Source of the DNA: Catajapyx aquilonaris
Taxonomy: Eukaryota
Length of the DNA: 58,300 bases
Direction: 5' to 3'
Assembly (NCBI GenBank): GCA_000934665.2
Contig: KZ537977.1
Coordinates: 124,001 to 182,300 of the forward strand
The notes under the pieces: generated by a model
What the model was told of the DNA's origin: nothing
The model's database searches: none
What the model saw: only the letters and a program-made list of their open reading frames with translations
Translations under genes and position numbers: made by a program
Part shown: piece after piece, positions 37,016 through 52,085 of the stretch
Layout: every line of letters starts with the position of its first letter
How positions within the stretch are numbered: position 1 is the stretch's first letter

Positions 37016-40000
37016 GGAGACTCGCAACCTGTAGGATAAGGTAGAAAGGTCTAGGCGTCTGCGTCTGGCCTTTTGTGCTGAACAAATTTTGCAGTTCACT
37101 TCAATGATTTCGCTAATTTTTTTTTGCCTGTAAGCGAATTGATTGTCGCGAAAACCTAACTCGGTTAGTTAACTTTTCAACCTTTTCAGGTGCTGCTCAA
37201 CTTTTGACGCCGCATAACATGATTTCGATCCGGCTCAGCATAACTTAATCACGTTATGGAGGTATAGCCTTTTGCTTAATAAGCTACGTGTGGTTTTGCG
37301 GAGAAAAGTTGGCAGCGGTCTTGTTAACGGGCCCTGTTAATCCGTAATTGAAGCTGGCTGTAATTAATCTTCTCGTTGTTTCCGGGTATTAATCCCTGAG
37401 AAAAGGTAACCCAGACCCACGTGCAGGGTCATGCTTTTTGTAGGACAAATTGCGTAATCTCAGATGAAATGACGCACGTTCATTAGGTGACAATATTGTA
37501 TTAGCCGGTTTCTCAACAGGATCCTCAATTTTCATCCAATTACGCCTATGCATGTGAGCAATAAAAATCCACAGAAATATTTATACATTGCGAGATAATG
37601 GAATGTGCATTAAATCCTTGCCTGATGCGATTAATGTGTAACTTCATATTCTGTAATGCAATTTATTACACACCCAGATGCATTATTTTATGCGATGTGA
37701 AAACACACACTGATTTAAATTTATTCACATTTATGGACTTAAAACACACAAAGGTTTCATTATGCACACAACCGAATTATTTCACTGTTTTATAGCACGT
37801 GTAGACATGGATTCAACGTAATTAGCATACTGTACCGTGCTCGGTGAACCAACTTTAAATCATGTATGCTACGCAGGGGCAGGCTCAGATAAAGAAATGG
37901 AGGGTTTATTTGTTTAGGGCTGGTTTTCCTTCCTGTTTTCGGGAAGCATCTGCGCTAGTGGCCCGAGTCAGAACTGATTGCATTTAAATGCGGAGCAGGA
38001 TGCACCTACTAGATCGTTATGAGGCCTTAATTTCGTCTGGGGGGTGGCCTCCTACATTCTGCATATAGACTTGTAGGAATTTCTTGCATGAATATGATTT
38101 CAAAATATCAGAACTTTCATTTACCGTCGTCCACATTAATTTCCGTCCCTTCTTCGTTCCAATCACTGGCACGGTCGTAATCAGCCGGCGTAAATTACCT
38201 CTGGGATTCTACACCTTTATGCTGCTCACTGGTTCCTGTAATTTTATTCGGTTTTTTTTGTGTGGTGCGTTTTAAAACGTTGATGCGTAAAATGACTTCT
38301 GTAACTCGGTTCGTGGTTGATGGCGGTATGTAATTTTTATATTGGCTAATGCGGTTACAGTATATAAATGATCGTGCTTATTAGTGATAGTCTCTGAGGG
38401 ACCATCGCGATTGTTGACAGACGTGCAACAAATCGCGCAATAATTGGCAATAATTGGTTATTCGATTTATTTACAAAGCTCGTGAGACACCTGCCAAATT
38501 ACGTTGCATATACAGTAATTAACGTAACAAAAATCATATTCATTAGAGCACTAGAATTTAGCGCATATTCGTATAGTAAACACAAAAGTGGAACTGTGCA
38601 AAATTATTTTGCTAAACATTAGCAAAAAAGGCTATGTAAGGTTGCACCGATTCTGTAAAACTGTACGTTGCATATACTTACAAGATTTCGAATATGTTCA
38701 ATTTAATTAATTCCCATATTTGGTTTATTTTAACGTCAAATCCAGCTCGTTTTTCAGGATCAATCGACAAAAGGTTAACTAAATCCGGTAGTAAAAGAGT
38801 CGGTAAATTAATGGTACAAGCATAACTGCCAGTGATTTCAGAGAAGATTGTTTCCTCCGATTGAATGCCTCATATACATTCGCAATAAATCCTGAATTTA
38901 TTTCCGTACCACCGTCGCTTTCTACATGGCCTGGCATATACAGGCTCCCCAATCAATTAAAGTCAAGCACACATATATATTCATAAAGTCAGTAGGGACC
39001 GACCATAAAGTTGGAGAAATGTTTGCATTAGTCTGGTGGCAGCAGCTTGAAAGACGTCCTCTGGAATCGATTCCTGGGAAGACTTTGTGTGTGGAAACAA
39101 ACGATCTGAACTGAGGTAAAATTTGCTACCGTCATAAGCGCACGACGTCACTTCGCTCGTGTTCCTTTTTTATATATTTTTTTGTAATTGTTTTGAAGCG
39201 TAAATGAGCGTCAGCGGCGCCGTTTGATGCCAAACCGACTCCCTTTAGAGAATCAGGATCTATCGGGAAATCGCTTTGTTTGTCACCACAAAGGATCGCA
39301 GGGGCAGAAACGCGCCACTTTGTAAGGGTTGATGTAACCAGATATTACACTATATTTGCCATCCTCCTGTAATCCGACTTATGATCAAGCCGATTTGTGT
39401 CTGCTGCGCACTGCAGGGATTACCTACAGATGACAGCACGTTTTGTACGAAAAAAAAAATCATAAAAAAATTCCTTGGCCATGTACATTCTTGAATGCTG
39501 AAGATGCCAAGAATGTCTCCAAGACTAATCCATGACATTTTCTACAGAGCTGCTAAGAACGAAAAAAAGGAGAGGTCGCAGGGATTAGATCCGCACATTA
39601 CCTGTTGAGGTCGCGAAAATTTTGTGAATTATCCCTCAGGATGGCCGCAGCTGGTTCCTCCCAGTTTATTAGCCATGCATTGTTTTAATCTGCGGAGAAC
39701 AGACACCTAACCTTAAGTAAATAATGGAAGGCCACATGATCCGTCCTGACCCCCTGAATAAAACATGGGTCCCTCGAATTATATACCCTTCAAGGAGCCT
39801 TATCGTCGTCGAGTCAGGTCCACTCAGTTCAGTTGAGGACCTTTCACATCAAACTGAATTAATCCCAACCGATCTGTCCGCCTACCTATGAATTTTAGTA
39901 AATTGTGTTACAAGTAATTTTTACAATTAACAAACCTCGAATCTCTGAAGATTGCAAGGAAAGGGCAGAAAATATAATTAGCAATATTCCAGCCGGAAGT

Positions 40001-41630
40001 GGTGAAACAATATTTATGAATATTTTAAAATTGCGAAAAAAGTGTGGGTGCTACATGCGAACTATATCCAAAAAAGCGCGAAATGTTGGTAATTGGCGTA
40101 ATGAGGTCCGAATATGCAATGGGGGTCAATCCACACTCCAGTGATTTATCCTTTGGATCGTGACGAAATCCTTTCCCACGCTAAACTTTCCCTGAATGGC
40201 CAGCTAATTAGCACGCTCAGGCGCTACCCAAATTGATTTCCGAAAATTAGCATAAGACAACAAGGCCCTTCCGATTCTTTTGTCCACCTTGTTGATATAG
40301 GCAACATCAGCGATTACCACGACTATGGGCTTATTAAAACTTGTAAAATTGAATGAGATGGGTGGGGCCTTTAGCTAATCCCTGAGAACTATACCCGAAT
40401 ATTGCTTGCATACTGAATGAGCAACGCCATCAATTTTATGTGCGAGAAGTTTTTTGGATTTTTTTTTGTAAGGTACACTAATTACTGACCAGTTGTTTTG
40501 CTCCAAGATTGATATACCCCACTATAGTTAAAAACAACCTTCAACCTCAGGACATTATACTTATTTATTAACCATTGCTCAACAGGTGAAAGTCTGTATT
40601 TCACTGTTATTATTACAGCATGATTTTAATGAAAACGTTGTTCCGGCTATTAAGACCAGAGGGGATTAAATGTAATCGCAGTTTTGAACCTGAGGCAAGT
40701 GGATAACATACTCGAAGTGTAACTGTCCATTAGGGGATTACACTTCCAGGTTTATTAGTGTGCACAATGAGATAAGGCACTTCACAAAACATATGCTCTA
40801 TACCTAATAATAAACCTCTTCGTGTCATGGTGTACACGTCAATACACATACGTAATCGGGGGGGTTATAGGCGCCTATTTTTGGGCGAATAGAAGAGGAG
40901 CTGTTCTCTCCCCACATGCTTATGAATTCGTTTCCGATGAGCCGATGAGTGATGAGCTTGCTTTTTTTCCGCGAGTGGATATTGCTCTCGCGAAATTCCG
41001 GCCTTTGCGTTGCGTTGTTTTTGCGGTTTCGATTGCTGGACGCTTCGGAAACTGGGAGGGGGAAAAAAAGGGGGATGATAGACTGCGACTATGTGCCTGC
41101 CATAGTAAGCACAGTGTCTGACGGATATTCCGAATGAACATGTTTGGAGATTAGTTTTGCTTTGACTGTCGCTAATTGTACTGGACCTAAGTTCTTGCAA
41201 GCCAGACAGTTTGATTGGCGGTAACAATGGTGTTGATGGGCAGGTTCAGGTAATCCTTTGGTAGGACACGACGATAATTTATTACTAAAGTTGTGGCCAA
41301 ATACTGCTTGTTGTATCGATTAATTTATTGGCTCACTGACACTATCAGCCGGATGGGAATGTAATGGGTTGGTGGTAAGAGCGGTTAACCATAATTGCAT
41401 ATCGTTTTCGTGTATAATTTTCCGATTTATTAGAAGAAGAGTTTGTGTCTCATACTAATTGCATTTTACACTATTATTTTTGTGCATACAGTATATGAAA
41501 ATATATCTCAATATAAAAATATTAATTCATCGATATCGTAACACAAAATAACTTACCGAGTGCTGCCTCATTTAATGCTATGTGCACCACATCGAATGTT
41601 TCAAGAAGAGGTATACACGAGGCTCCAAAT

Positions 41631-41681
41631 TTTAGAGTTCACTGCATTTCCCAATTTAGAGTTCACTGCATTTCCCAATTT
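41631..41681. repeat. 24-bp perfect tandem duplication
   Basis: TTTAGAGTTCACTGCATTTCCCAA twice. Confidence 0.85.
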
Positions 41682-42513
41682 CCCGCTTGAGTGCTGAATA
41701 TTGAGCCTGCTTGACTGAGACCCGCTTCTGAAGAATTTGTTTCGGTTTCTTTCCAAGTTGGACTGTCGCAGTGCACATAGGTCCAAGCCATGTAAATATG
41801 TAATGTACTGTATACATTCTGCGTTTGCGATCCCGTACAGGTAAATAGTTTTGCAGAATGAGGACTATATACCGGAGACAGCTTATCAATATTGGACTTA
41901 TTCCCTCGAACAAATTAATTTTTGCTTTATGTTTACCTAACCCAAACTTGTCATACAGTGTCCTCAATTTTTTATTGAATGTCGTCAAGCGCATTGAATT
42001 TTCTTATGATTAGGGTGGTGGTGTCCCCCCGCAACGAACCCAGCATGCAAGTGTTGAACTTCTCAATTCAGCTTTAAATCTATAATGAAGGTCAAGCAGT
42101 GTAGATCAATTTTGGACTAGTGGCTTCTGCGTTTAGAAATTGGTTGCAAGTGTACCCGGGGTTAGGCTAGAAGCTGGTTTAATCAAATTTAAATTTAACC
42201 TCAGACGTAGCCTAACAAGCAAGTGAAGAAGTGTCTATCTAATGTCACGCCTGGAAAAAATCATTATGAAGCTTTGATAAAATTCCAGCCGAAATTTAGT
42301 TAGGTACTGAGCAATGCGCAGTACTTGGCATGTGTTTCTGATATGTCAGTTTTCTGCCAGATATTTCTCAGATAACTGTATTAAAACAAGGCATCTAGCT
42401 CATGAGGGACAATGCAGTGTTCCAATCTCACTCATCTCAAAATAATTCCATCACGACTCTGATCCTCCTGTAAGAGGTATTTCTCAAAATTCTTTCTTTA
42501 TTTTGCATAATTA

Positions 42514-42552
42514 ACCCGAGGTATTTATGCGTGTCACATAAATACCTCGGGT
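42514..42552. repeat. Perfect 16-bp inverted repeat (hairpin)
   Basis: ACCCGAGGTATTTATG-cgtgtca-CATAAATACCTCGGGT. Confidence 0.85.
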
Positions 42553-42653
42553 ATACCTGGCATATTACAGCAGTCGTGATGATCGATCGTTCACAACTTA
42601 ATGCTCTTTTCACTCGTATAAGAAACTTGGAGTCGTTTCATCTTTACAGGCAA

Positions 42654-42753
<100 letters not shown>

Positions 42754-42931
42754 CTCCAGTAATAAAACGTATAATATAATTATCACGGACGAACAATATA
42801 GGATTTCGAACAAAATACTTTTCCAGATTTCCGCTCATTTTTCCGCATTTTTCCTTGTCTCATTCTTCTAATATTAGAGTACACTACAGGATCTTCCACG
42901 AAAGCTAATCATCAAGTACGTACTCTTGACG

Positions 42932-43018
42932 TCAATGGGATTACATCATTATCTTGATAAGTATTCCTCTAGTTCAAATGTTCAATGGGATTACGTCATT
43001 ATTTTGATAAGTATTCCT
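42932..43018. repeat. 37-bp direct repeat with 50-bp period
   Basis: TCAATGGGATTAC(A/G)TCATTAT(C/T)TTGATAAGTATTCCT at 42932 and 42982. Confidence 0.8.
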
Positions 43019-46000
43019 AGCTGCAACGGATCAGCTTATTTTAGATTTGACTCTAAAGTGCGTTTTAAAATGTGCTAATTTTTGTAGGAGTAAACTTAGC
43101 TTTTAAATGGATGTATCTGCCGACAAAGTTGAATATCCACGATATAGCCAGCCACCGATGAATCCGACTTAGCAGCATGTACGGAAAATCTCTAATGAAA
43201 TTTAACCCCGTTAAGTCTGGAAGACTTGCCTTATTATCTTGGCGGCTAAGAATACAATGCGGACTCCCATGGGAAATTCTCAGCTTGTAATCACAGATTC
43301 CCAACCAAAGTTCTCTCAGTTTCGTTTACATGCGGGTCACCTTACATTGTGACTGTTGCAACGATTTATATCCTGGTACAGTGCCAGCACTCCTGTGAAT
43401 ACACTTCCTGAAAAGCAACGTTTGTACAAGACTTAAAGGCTTTGAACACCGATTGTGACGATAAAGTCAAATTATCCGCATGTCAATCATCTTAAATGGA
43501 GGTAAGCATTGCTTTTCCTGGCATATTACAGCAGTCGTGATGATCGATCGTGGGGGGCAGATATAGGTTGGATTAGCAACCATCTGTTACAGAGTCCTGA
43601 GGGGGACATCTCCTGGATCGTGTCCTGGACCATCTGGTCATTTAGTTTCTCCGCAACTTGTCTTTAGTGAAGTTCCTTTCAGAAGCACTCATTAGTCGAT
43701 TAATCAGCGTTTTCCTACCATTCTGCCGAGGTCAAAGTGGTGCGAAAAATTAATTTCTGTTCAATTCACATCACGACCAGACGGCAACGTAAGAAAAGTT
43801 CTTATTACGTCATTTGAAAGTGTTTTTATCACCAGTCAAGTGTATAAAATGGCGATTAAATGGGATTGCACCAGACCTATGTGTTTTATATCAACTTTCC
43901 AGCATCGATTCGTAATCACTTGGAATATTGGACATCGAGCAAAAGTGATTTATGGAATTTAATAACGCCAGGAGATAAATCCAACGGCGGCGGTTAACAA
44001 AGTACGCACAATATCGCCTTTATATCAAGCCTCGTGCCAGTGGCATCGAATATGGCGCCAGTTATTGAAAATCGAAGCCTAGAATTTCAGCTGAGCTCAG
44101 TCTCTTTCTGCCATCTTGTGTGAATTGGGGGAACGCAATATGAATCTGCGTTGCCACGAGTGCTCTCTCGTCCAGATGCTGGAAACGCTTCCTTGTCAAT
44201 AATACGTGAAGCAAATATATAGCAGACCATCATTGAAAGTGGCAGCAGCATATTAGCACAAGCCAATATTCTGACATTCAGTATTAAAGGCGATACTTCC
44301 ATAAAAACGTGTCCAGTTGCGATATTTTTCGTATTCAAAGTAATGAAAATCATTTCTAGATTTTTTTTAGCATGAACTTTTTCAGACGCCGGAAGGTAGA
44401 GGCAGTTTAGAAATTAATTAAGGCTTATTAAAAAAGTGAAGCGCTGTAGGATTTATGCCTTAACAAGAGACAGTCTGGCGACATTAGTTGTTGCCTGGAA
44501 GTATCATTAATTCATTAGTATTCTTTGCAGAAGCTTGCAGGCGTATATATGACGCATGGGATAAACATGACATGGAGACCTTTGTCGTTTTAAAACTGCA
44601 TCTAGGATAATTAGGCTGCTTTTGAAGTACCGGATTGCTTTCTGCAACATTGCACAATACTAATGGGATCTCAATGGAAATTGTTTGAGAAATACTAGCT
44701 ATTCCTCTGTTTCGTGTATAGTATCTCTACGAAAATATTGCTGAGATGGGCACTTTCACCTGTTATTTTATTCATCCTTTGTGGAGGAGGTGTCCCTTGT
44801 CAATTATTCATCGTTAAATAATTCTGCACTAAGGCTAGTTTACATAAGGTGACCTTATTTCAGCGCTGCATTCAAACGCAACAGGTAACTTATTAGAGTA
44901 CTGCAGTATGTTGCAATAGACCAAGAGTAAACCGTTATTCTCTTACTGGCAACATGCACTTGCAGCATGATAGCTAATTGAAGCGACTGGAGCACTGCGT
45001 TTTAATTAGTCTCAAATTATTACGAAAATATTTGCCTTCACAAAAGAAACTCTTTTTGCATCGTATTCATAATAATGCTACACATCCATGATAAATCATG
45101 ATAAATACAACCCGTATGAATCCTACCTTCCGATATTTTGTCACGTCATTGGATTCATTCTGTTACCGAGTATTGCAACATCTTTTAAGAATTTCACAAC
45201 ACCAAGCAAGTATGCTGAACTGTGTGGGTTACCTCGTGTAAGTGTGTTACTTCAATCATGTCTTTCAAAAATCAATGCTAGACTATTGAACACGTTCAAC
45301 TTTGTGTCTGAATAATATTAGCCATAATTTCCGCATGACTCAGTGTGAGAATTTGCAACAAAAAGAGGGCTTTAATTAAATTTTTTTTTGCCCTTCCATA
45401 CGAATTTCGTACTGGACTATCGTACGTTGTGGAGGAAACCCCTAAAAATAACCCCGAAGTCCAAAAAAAGGGACCAGTATGAAATATTTAGAGCCCTTCC
45501 TGTGATTTCCATGCATAAGTTATGATATCTAAACTTGGAAAAAGCAAATTCGTTCCGCATCACCTATCCTATAGTTCATCATTGGGTTCTAAAACTGAAA
45601 ATGGCAGTTCAGTGAGGCGTGTGACTATGTTTATCTGAAGGATCATATTTTAAAATGTGGATAATATATCACCTTCCGATATCCTTATATTGTCAGGCAG
45701 TTTACACATATTTTATCCTTACTATTCAGGGCTTCCCATTAGCCTCTTCTGAGCGAAGATTGTCTGACTTCCAGGATAATATTTTATTCCCGCTTTTGGC
45801 GGGACGGATCACACAATACTGTATGTAGCTCCCAGCTAGATTAAATGCAAGTACAGTATTACTCGTATCATACGTACGGCTTTGGCATATATTTTTTGAT
45901 ATTAATTTTCAATTAGTTGTTGTTTCTATTGAGAGGAGGAGGGTGGCGTAGTCTGCTGGGCCCGATAAGCCATGTCATCATCGTTTATAATGCGGGATTA

Positions 46001-48078
46001 CATTGATTTTATGATCGGCGGTTCATAACATGTCAATTGTGTTGTTCCTCTGTCTAATCCTACTCTTTGACACCGGACTTACGAGTTAGTCTACGACACA
46101 ACCAGTGGAAGCAGGCGTCATTTTGAACATATTCATGGCGTCTTTTTAGCTATAAAGGCTGCTAAATTATCAAAGTTATATTTACTCTCACCATGCGATG
46201 TCGGAAGTCTTGGAAGTAAATATGTGCTTTGCAGAAAATAGCTATTGATCAGGCATATTATCCTTGGCCGTTTCTTTTTTTGTGTGGACGCTATGCTGTG
46301 CATGGGTAGAAACTGAGAAGAAAACAATGAAGTGTTACCATCCGTGACGTACTGATGAGTGTTGACCAAATAACTAGTTGTATCAAGCTGTTCATGTAGT
46401 TCCTGCATTTGTATGGTTTTGTTTTTCATGACTTGAACAATAGTGTTTAGGGTTGTGTTATTAGCAAATGAAGTATTTGCCTGATAGGCAGGAGCCGACA
46501 TGTACAGTACTTTGCAGATTAATGATATGCGATGAAATCATGACCAAACGAAAGGCCGGCGGATTCTGGAATCGAACACTCGACCTTTCCAATGGGTAAT
46601 ACCGGAAGCAGCACATTCCGATCAGGAAATCATGCTCATTTCACAACTCCTCTACTTTGTAAATATCACGTCTCACATGTAATAAAAATATCGTACGTGG
46701 TTATTACCATGAGCAACAACATGATCGTATACGTGACATTGCTATAGTACTTTGGATCTCTTCGTAAACCTTTGAAAACTTGAAATTTGGGACGATGAGA
46801 GTCACATTTTTTGATAATTTAGAGATCTGGGGGCTTGAAATACGATCCTTTCATTGCTCCGGGTGGGATTAATTTTAAAATGATTTCTCTAGAGGGCTGT
46901 AATTTTTATTTAAGAAATTTGACTTACCATCCGCAGAAAGCACCTTTAGAGAACTACTGTAAACAATGGCTTACTCATTTTTGCCAAAATACGATTTATA
47001 GTTCTGCATTTTTGGTTTTAACCACATGACCTACCCTTAGTTATCATGCTGGGAATACACCGGAACACATCTAGATATAATCTGGATGTTTTCTGGCTCG
47101 AACATCCGGTTGAACGCATGTGCGGTTGACTTGTTCCAGCGTTGGCGGGTGTCACTGGCATAAAAGAAAAACCAATGCATGTCTTATGAGGGATCCGTGA
47201 TGGTGGGAAGGAGAAAAATGGGAGTGCCTGGGAATAGGTTCTAAATAGAGAAATGCTGGGAAGCAAACATCTGACTCTTCCTGTTTCGCTCTGCCCAGTT
47301 CTCATTGTGTTTGCTCCCATTGTCACCTGTTGATAAGCAAGATTGACAAGTAGATTCGCAATGTGTAATGGCATGTATTATTACAAGGTCGGTGCACTTT
47401 TCCCAAGGATTGTTTACCCCAGCCACAACCAGTTTCTGTTTAATCAGGGCCGCATTCCCTTATTATTGCTTCTATTTAGACAAGTTGCTTGGTTAAACAA
47501 TCCGTAACTTCCTCTCCTAACATAGTTTTGAACCTAACGTTGGGAAGCAAACCACCCTGGATTGCATGTATTGAGTGTGGGCTTGTCATATGCAAATGTG
47601 TACCAGGATACCAGTTCCTTGGGGAACACCAAGTTCCGAACAACTGTGCACACACTGAGAATGGAGAGTTGCCTGGAACTGTGTGCTAACAACAGCATAT
47701 CCACCCCAACAAAACTGTTGATTTCCTTAAGGGAGAAAATTAATCGATATAATCTATAACATACCATATAAGCTTTAAGGCTTCACAAGTCATTGAAAAT
47801 AAACAGTCCGTATAACAATGTTGAAATTTTGATTATTTTCAGTTTTCATAAATGTTGAATTCTTAATGAGAAAGGTAAAAATAACCTGACTGGAAGAGTA
47901 TTACTGTAATCAAAAAGTCGTTAATACAGTGTTTGAAAAATACTTTGTTCTTTCCTTCCACTTAATCAGCCAGGACCTCTAATTACGTTTGTTTAGGCCA
48001 GCCTGTTGCTCATGCCTTCGATGCTTAACTAGAAACTTCTGAAGGCAATACAAATACTAAGGATTCACTCTCATTTAA

Positions 48079-48203
48079 GGGCCGGTTTCACCGAGCTTGG
48101 TATATGATAAAACCAGGTTTCTTTAGGAAAATCCATACAAATAGATAGGAATTTTGAGAAATACCCTGGTTTTATCATATACTGAGCTCGGTGAAACCGG
48201 CCC
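48079..48203. mobile_element. PIF/Harbinger (Tourist-like) MITE, 125 bp
   Basis: 39-bp terminal inverted repeats GGGCCGGTTTCACCGAGCT..GTATATGATAAAACCAGG with 2 mismatches, flanked on both sides by TAA (48076-78 and 48204-06), the characteristic Harbinger target-site duplication. Confidence 0.85.
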
Positions 48204-51200
48204 TAAGTCGCCCTCTTAGATCGCTGTAGGTGCATGAGATTGCCAAACATTTTATCCCATTTACACAATATACACTGTATACATTATTTGTAGCCAGTAC
48301 TTCCTTGATGTATTCCGGGTTCGCCGCTTGAAAGCGAGGTAAACAGACCTCCAAAAAGAAATCTAAAAATAGAACTCATATCCAAACTTTTCTTTCTTTC
48401 TTATTTTAGATCCCGATATTCTGAGGCTGGTACGGAATGTTTACACTTTGCAACTTATATCAAGGAAGCGGAGGCCAACTATTGCATACATTTCCCACTA
48501 AGGCCGAGGACAAAAAGCGGTTCAACGACCAAAAAAGTGAGTGCTTTTGATTACGTAACTGACCTAGAAAGAAGAAAAGGTTGGCAGGGGGAGAGTATCG
48601 CTATTCGAAATTACATGGGGTTGGGCCTGGCTGGAAACCCGTTGTTTTGTGTGTTGGGGTTTTCTGAAAGGGCAGGATTAACCTCCTGCTGGTGTAAAAT
48701 GGCCGATTAAGTTTTCGGAATCGAGGGCAGCTCACACTTTCTGCGGGCTCCCCATCATTTCCCTTCCGAATGCGCAGCATGACTTGACACGAGTCTGCCC
48801 TTACAACCTGCTGCTTGCGAATCTCCCATGCTGGCTTTTTAGGGGCCTGCTTTCGTCAACAAGTGGTTGAGGTTGGGCTGGCACACACACCACGCCTTTT
48901 GCCTATACAGAAAATGGGTGTCTCGCTTTAAGATCCGAATTTATCTCATTCGCACATCATGATTACAAATAAATCACTTTAATAATAATCGTGTCGATGT
49001 AAAAATGCAATTGTACTGCATAATTATGATAGGTATAGCTGCAACCGGAAGTGCAATTCAATCCTATTTATTTTCGTAGAAAAGACGAGGCTTTGCCTCG
49101 AGGTCGTTTGCAAGTGACATAAAAGTAATAGACTATGCTCTTTATGCGTTACACACAAAGAAGCGGATTCAGAACCAAGATGTCAACTGTTGCAAAACCA
49201 GATGAAAAGGCAAATTAGATACTGCCCTTTTTAAACAGCAACCTTATTAAATAATAGAGGCCGTGTCATCTCTATAGACATCATATTATCTCTTTTGAGA
49301 ACAGTAGGAGGCGGAATAACGCCTACGAGGAACGAATAATACTGTATATTCCCATGGCTTTAGACCTGTGGAGCATTAATACAATGCTGGATAAGGAGAG
49401 ACGACCTTCATCCCTTTATTGCTGTTTGATAGGAGGCACGTTTTTTTTAGGCTTCGTTCTTCTAAAGAGCGCACATAAATACCAGAAAGTGATCCGGCAA
49501 AAGCGGGCCACTACATTAAGCAGACTGATGATTTCCCAGTGGAGATTATCGCCCTCATAAAAACACTTCTATCATTCTGAATACCGCAGTCTAGGGAACA
49601 CTCATGACACTTTTCTAACGAGATTCTTTCCATCAGCCGAAGTAATGGGTCTAACGTTAATTCATGCTATAGGGCACAAAACCGCAGCGAGGTCAATTAA
49701 ATACCCTTGCTATAGACTTTGTGTGGAGGTGTACGCAGTTTGAGTCTATCACAGCACCGGAGGCTAATGCTCTCAGGTCATCTGAATCACTACTTTCAAA
49801 ATAATGCCACTGGAGAAGATAGTAACGAGCGAATTTGATCGTATTGTTCCCACCTCCGTTGCTTTGAAAATGAACGCCCCATAACTTTAAAGGCGCGAAA
49901 AGTTATAATGAGATTCGAGTTGCAGGAAACAATGTCGTCTTTTGGTCCCGTACAATAATTGAAGATTACATTTTCATTCATGACCACCAACGCAGCCCAG
50001 AAGCCAGAAGCTATAATTGTGGAAGTTTTAATTGACCGACCTTTCCAAGTACAGCAGTACAGTGCAGGACATGTCGTAAGTGCGCCCAGGTGTATTGTGC
50101 AATTTGATGCAACATGTTGATTTCTGTTGGCCCTCTTAATTGGGTGAAGTTTCTGCTAAGCAAGGCTCGCCTTTCCAGTAGTGACCTTAATGAGCTTAGG
50201 CGTGGCTTTTACCGGGGCTGAGCAAAGCTCGCAGGTTTCATTCCTGAGTTAATTGTCGCAAGACTTAAATTGAAGGCGTCTTCTTCGGGGGCGTGCGATC
50301 GTTTTAACGCGACTTGCTTCAGGTGAAGTATTCGAGGAGGATTCCACGTAGCGATAATCTTCCTGTGCCTCCTTTAATACGGAGCTAATTAAGCAAGCAA
50401 ATTTCTTAAGAGGATTTACGAGCATTATAATCTAACAATTGATTAAATTTGTGGGGGACAAAATCTTCCTCGAAACCAAAGCCGTGATTTATGACTCGGT
50501 TCGCTATTATAGAGATGCACGAATGAAGTCCTTGCACGTCACACGCTATTTGCGCTAATGTCTACATTTCTGTAAGACAATATCCTACTTGTACTACACT
50601 CTGGAGGGACTTGGTGTTAAGGCTTAAGGGAGCAATTAAGGCCCACTTATGTAATAAAACGCGTATCCTACAAAGTGGAGAATAATCACAGGATTGGGTG
50701 GCATTTGCACCTGATCCAGTTTATGACGCTCATTATTAAACATTCTGCCATATTACATGTAATTACAACCACGCTCGATTATTATCGCCAGGTGAACATT
50801 TGTACTGTTAGATCATGTGGACATTTGATATTTATTTAGCTTTATTTGACTTTTACTTTTAAATTATGTGTGCCCCATTAATTCACTTTTTTTAGGTTAT
50901 GAGCCACACCAGTTCTTATGCTGCGGTTGGCACTCATTAGGTGAAAAATCGTAATAAAAGCTTTGCATTTCCGCTCCGAAAATATCGCATGGCCTAATTC
51001 CATTTTAATAATCAGTATTATTTAAGCCAATGACGCAGGTTTTTTAGAGTTTGCGAAGTGTATCCAAAAAGTTCACTGGTGCCATAATGTAATCATGCGT
51101 TAAAATGTAATCGACCGATAGATTTGTGCTATAATGGTTTTATCAATCACGTACAGTATTATTCAAAAATAGGCCTACTGTATAGTGTACATTCCTCCGC

Positions 51201-51653
51201 ATCTTTTACTGTCGAACATTTTTAAACAGCATTAGGTACTCTGAATAAATGCCAGTTTCCTCCCTTACTCTCTGTCCCATTATACCGCAAAATTGGAGCG
51301 TCAATGTGCTCAACACACCATCGAAAAGGGATTTACATTTTGACAGGCTTTTCTGTGGAATCCCTGCTAAATTTTAACCCCCTCCGATATTCCGCATTCA
51401 ATACATGTCAATGATATCACCCCCTCCCCAGCAAGAATGTCGTCCAAACACTGCCTATCATGACACACAATATCACCCCACCCACCCCTTCCAACAACAA
51501 AAAATATTCCAGTAAGACTCACCCCCGATGCATTGTCACGAATCAAAAATCGACCCGCATCAAACCCTATCAGATCGTGACACTACACTTTCTCTTCCCC
51601 AAAAAAGCACCTATCACATATAATAAGTAGGCGTACTTTGGGGGTGGACACTT

Positions 51654-51663
51654 GTGACGTCAC
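51654..51663. promoter_or_regulatory. Full palindromic CRE upstream of the secreted prepropeptide gene
   Basis: GTGACGTCAC about 230 bp upstream of ATG 51885, with TA-rich TTTAAAAAG (about 51722) and CATAAAG (about 51755) downstream. Confidence 0.5.
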
Positions 51664-51884
51664 TAAGAGTATGCTTCCCACGCTCCGAAAGAGCCGCGCA
51701 CAAACCCTGCGTTTTCATCCGTTTAAAAAGTTGGTGCATAGCGCCTGTCGGACCCATAAAGTCAGGCCGGAGATTGCGCGAGGGTTTGGCCCATTCCCCC
51801 GCGTCGGAGGCGGCCAGGAACCCATAAGAAAGTTGGTTGAGATCAGATCAGGAGGAATAGGAGGGTAAGCCTTATAGGAAGAGG

Positions 51885-52085
51885 ATGGAAGGCAGGACTT
51901 GCTGCAGACAACTCGGCACCGCGGCCCTCGTGCTCCTCCAGCTGTGCTTCGTCGGAATGGCTCATCCACAGCAACAGCAACAGGCACAGGTCATCCAGCA
52001 GGAACAGCAGGTCAACAGGAGCGGGATGCATCTCAAGAATAAGAGAGAGGCCGAAATGCCAGTTCCCAATCAGCAGGATGTGCAG
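51885..52085 (+). CDS. First coding exon of a neuropeptide-type precursor, probably allatostatin CC
   Basis: AGGATGG start; MEGRTCCRQLGTAALVLLQLCFVGMA-HPQQQQQAQVIQQEQQVNRSGMHLKNKR-EAEMPVPNQQDVQ, then CAG|GTAAAT in phase 0. Hydrophobic signal peptide and dibasic KR site. Identity inferred only from adjacency to AstCCC; mature-peptide exon not found in the window. Confidence 0.65.

Noticed and set aside
46555..46620. GTTCGATTCC B-box-like motif on the minus strand
   Set aside because: No cloverleaf or A-box; at most a very decayed SINE fragment, not a tRNA gene.
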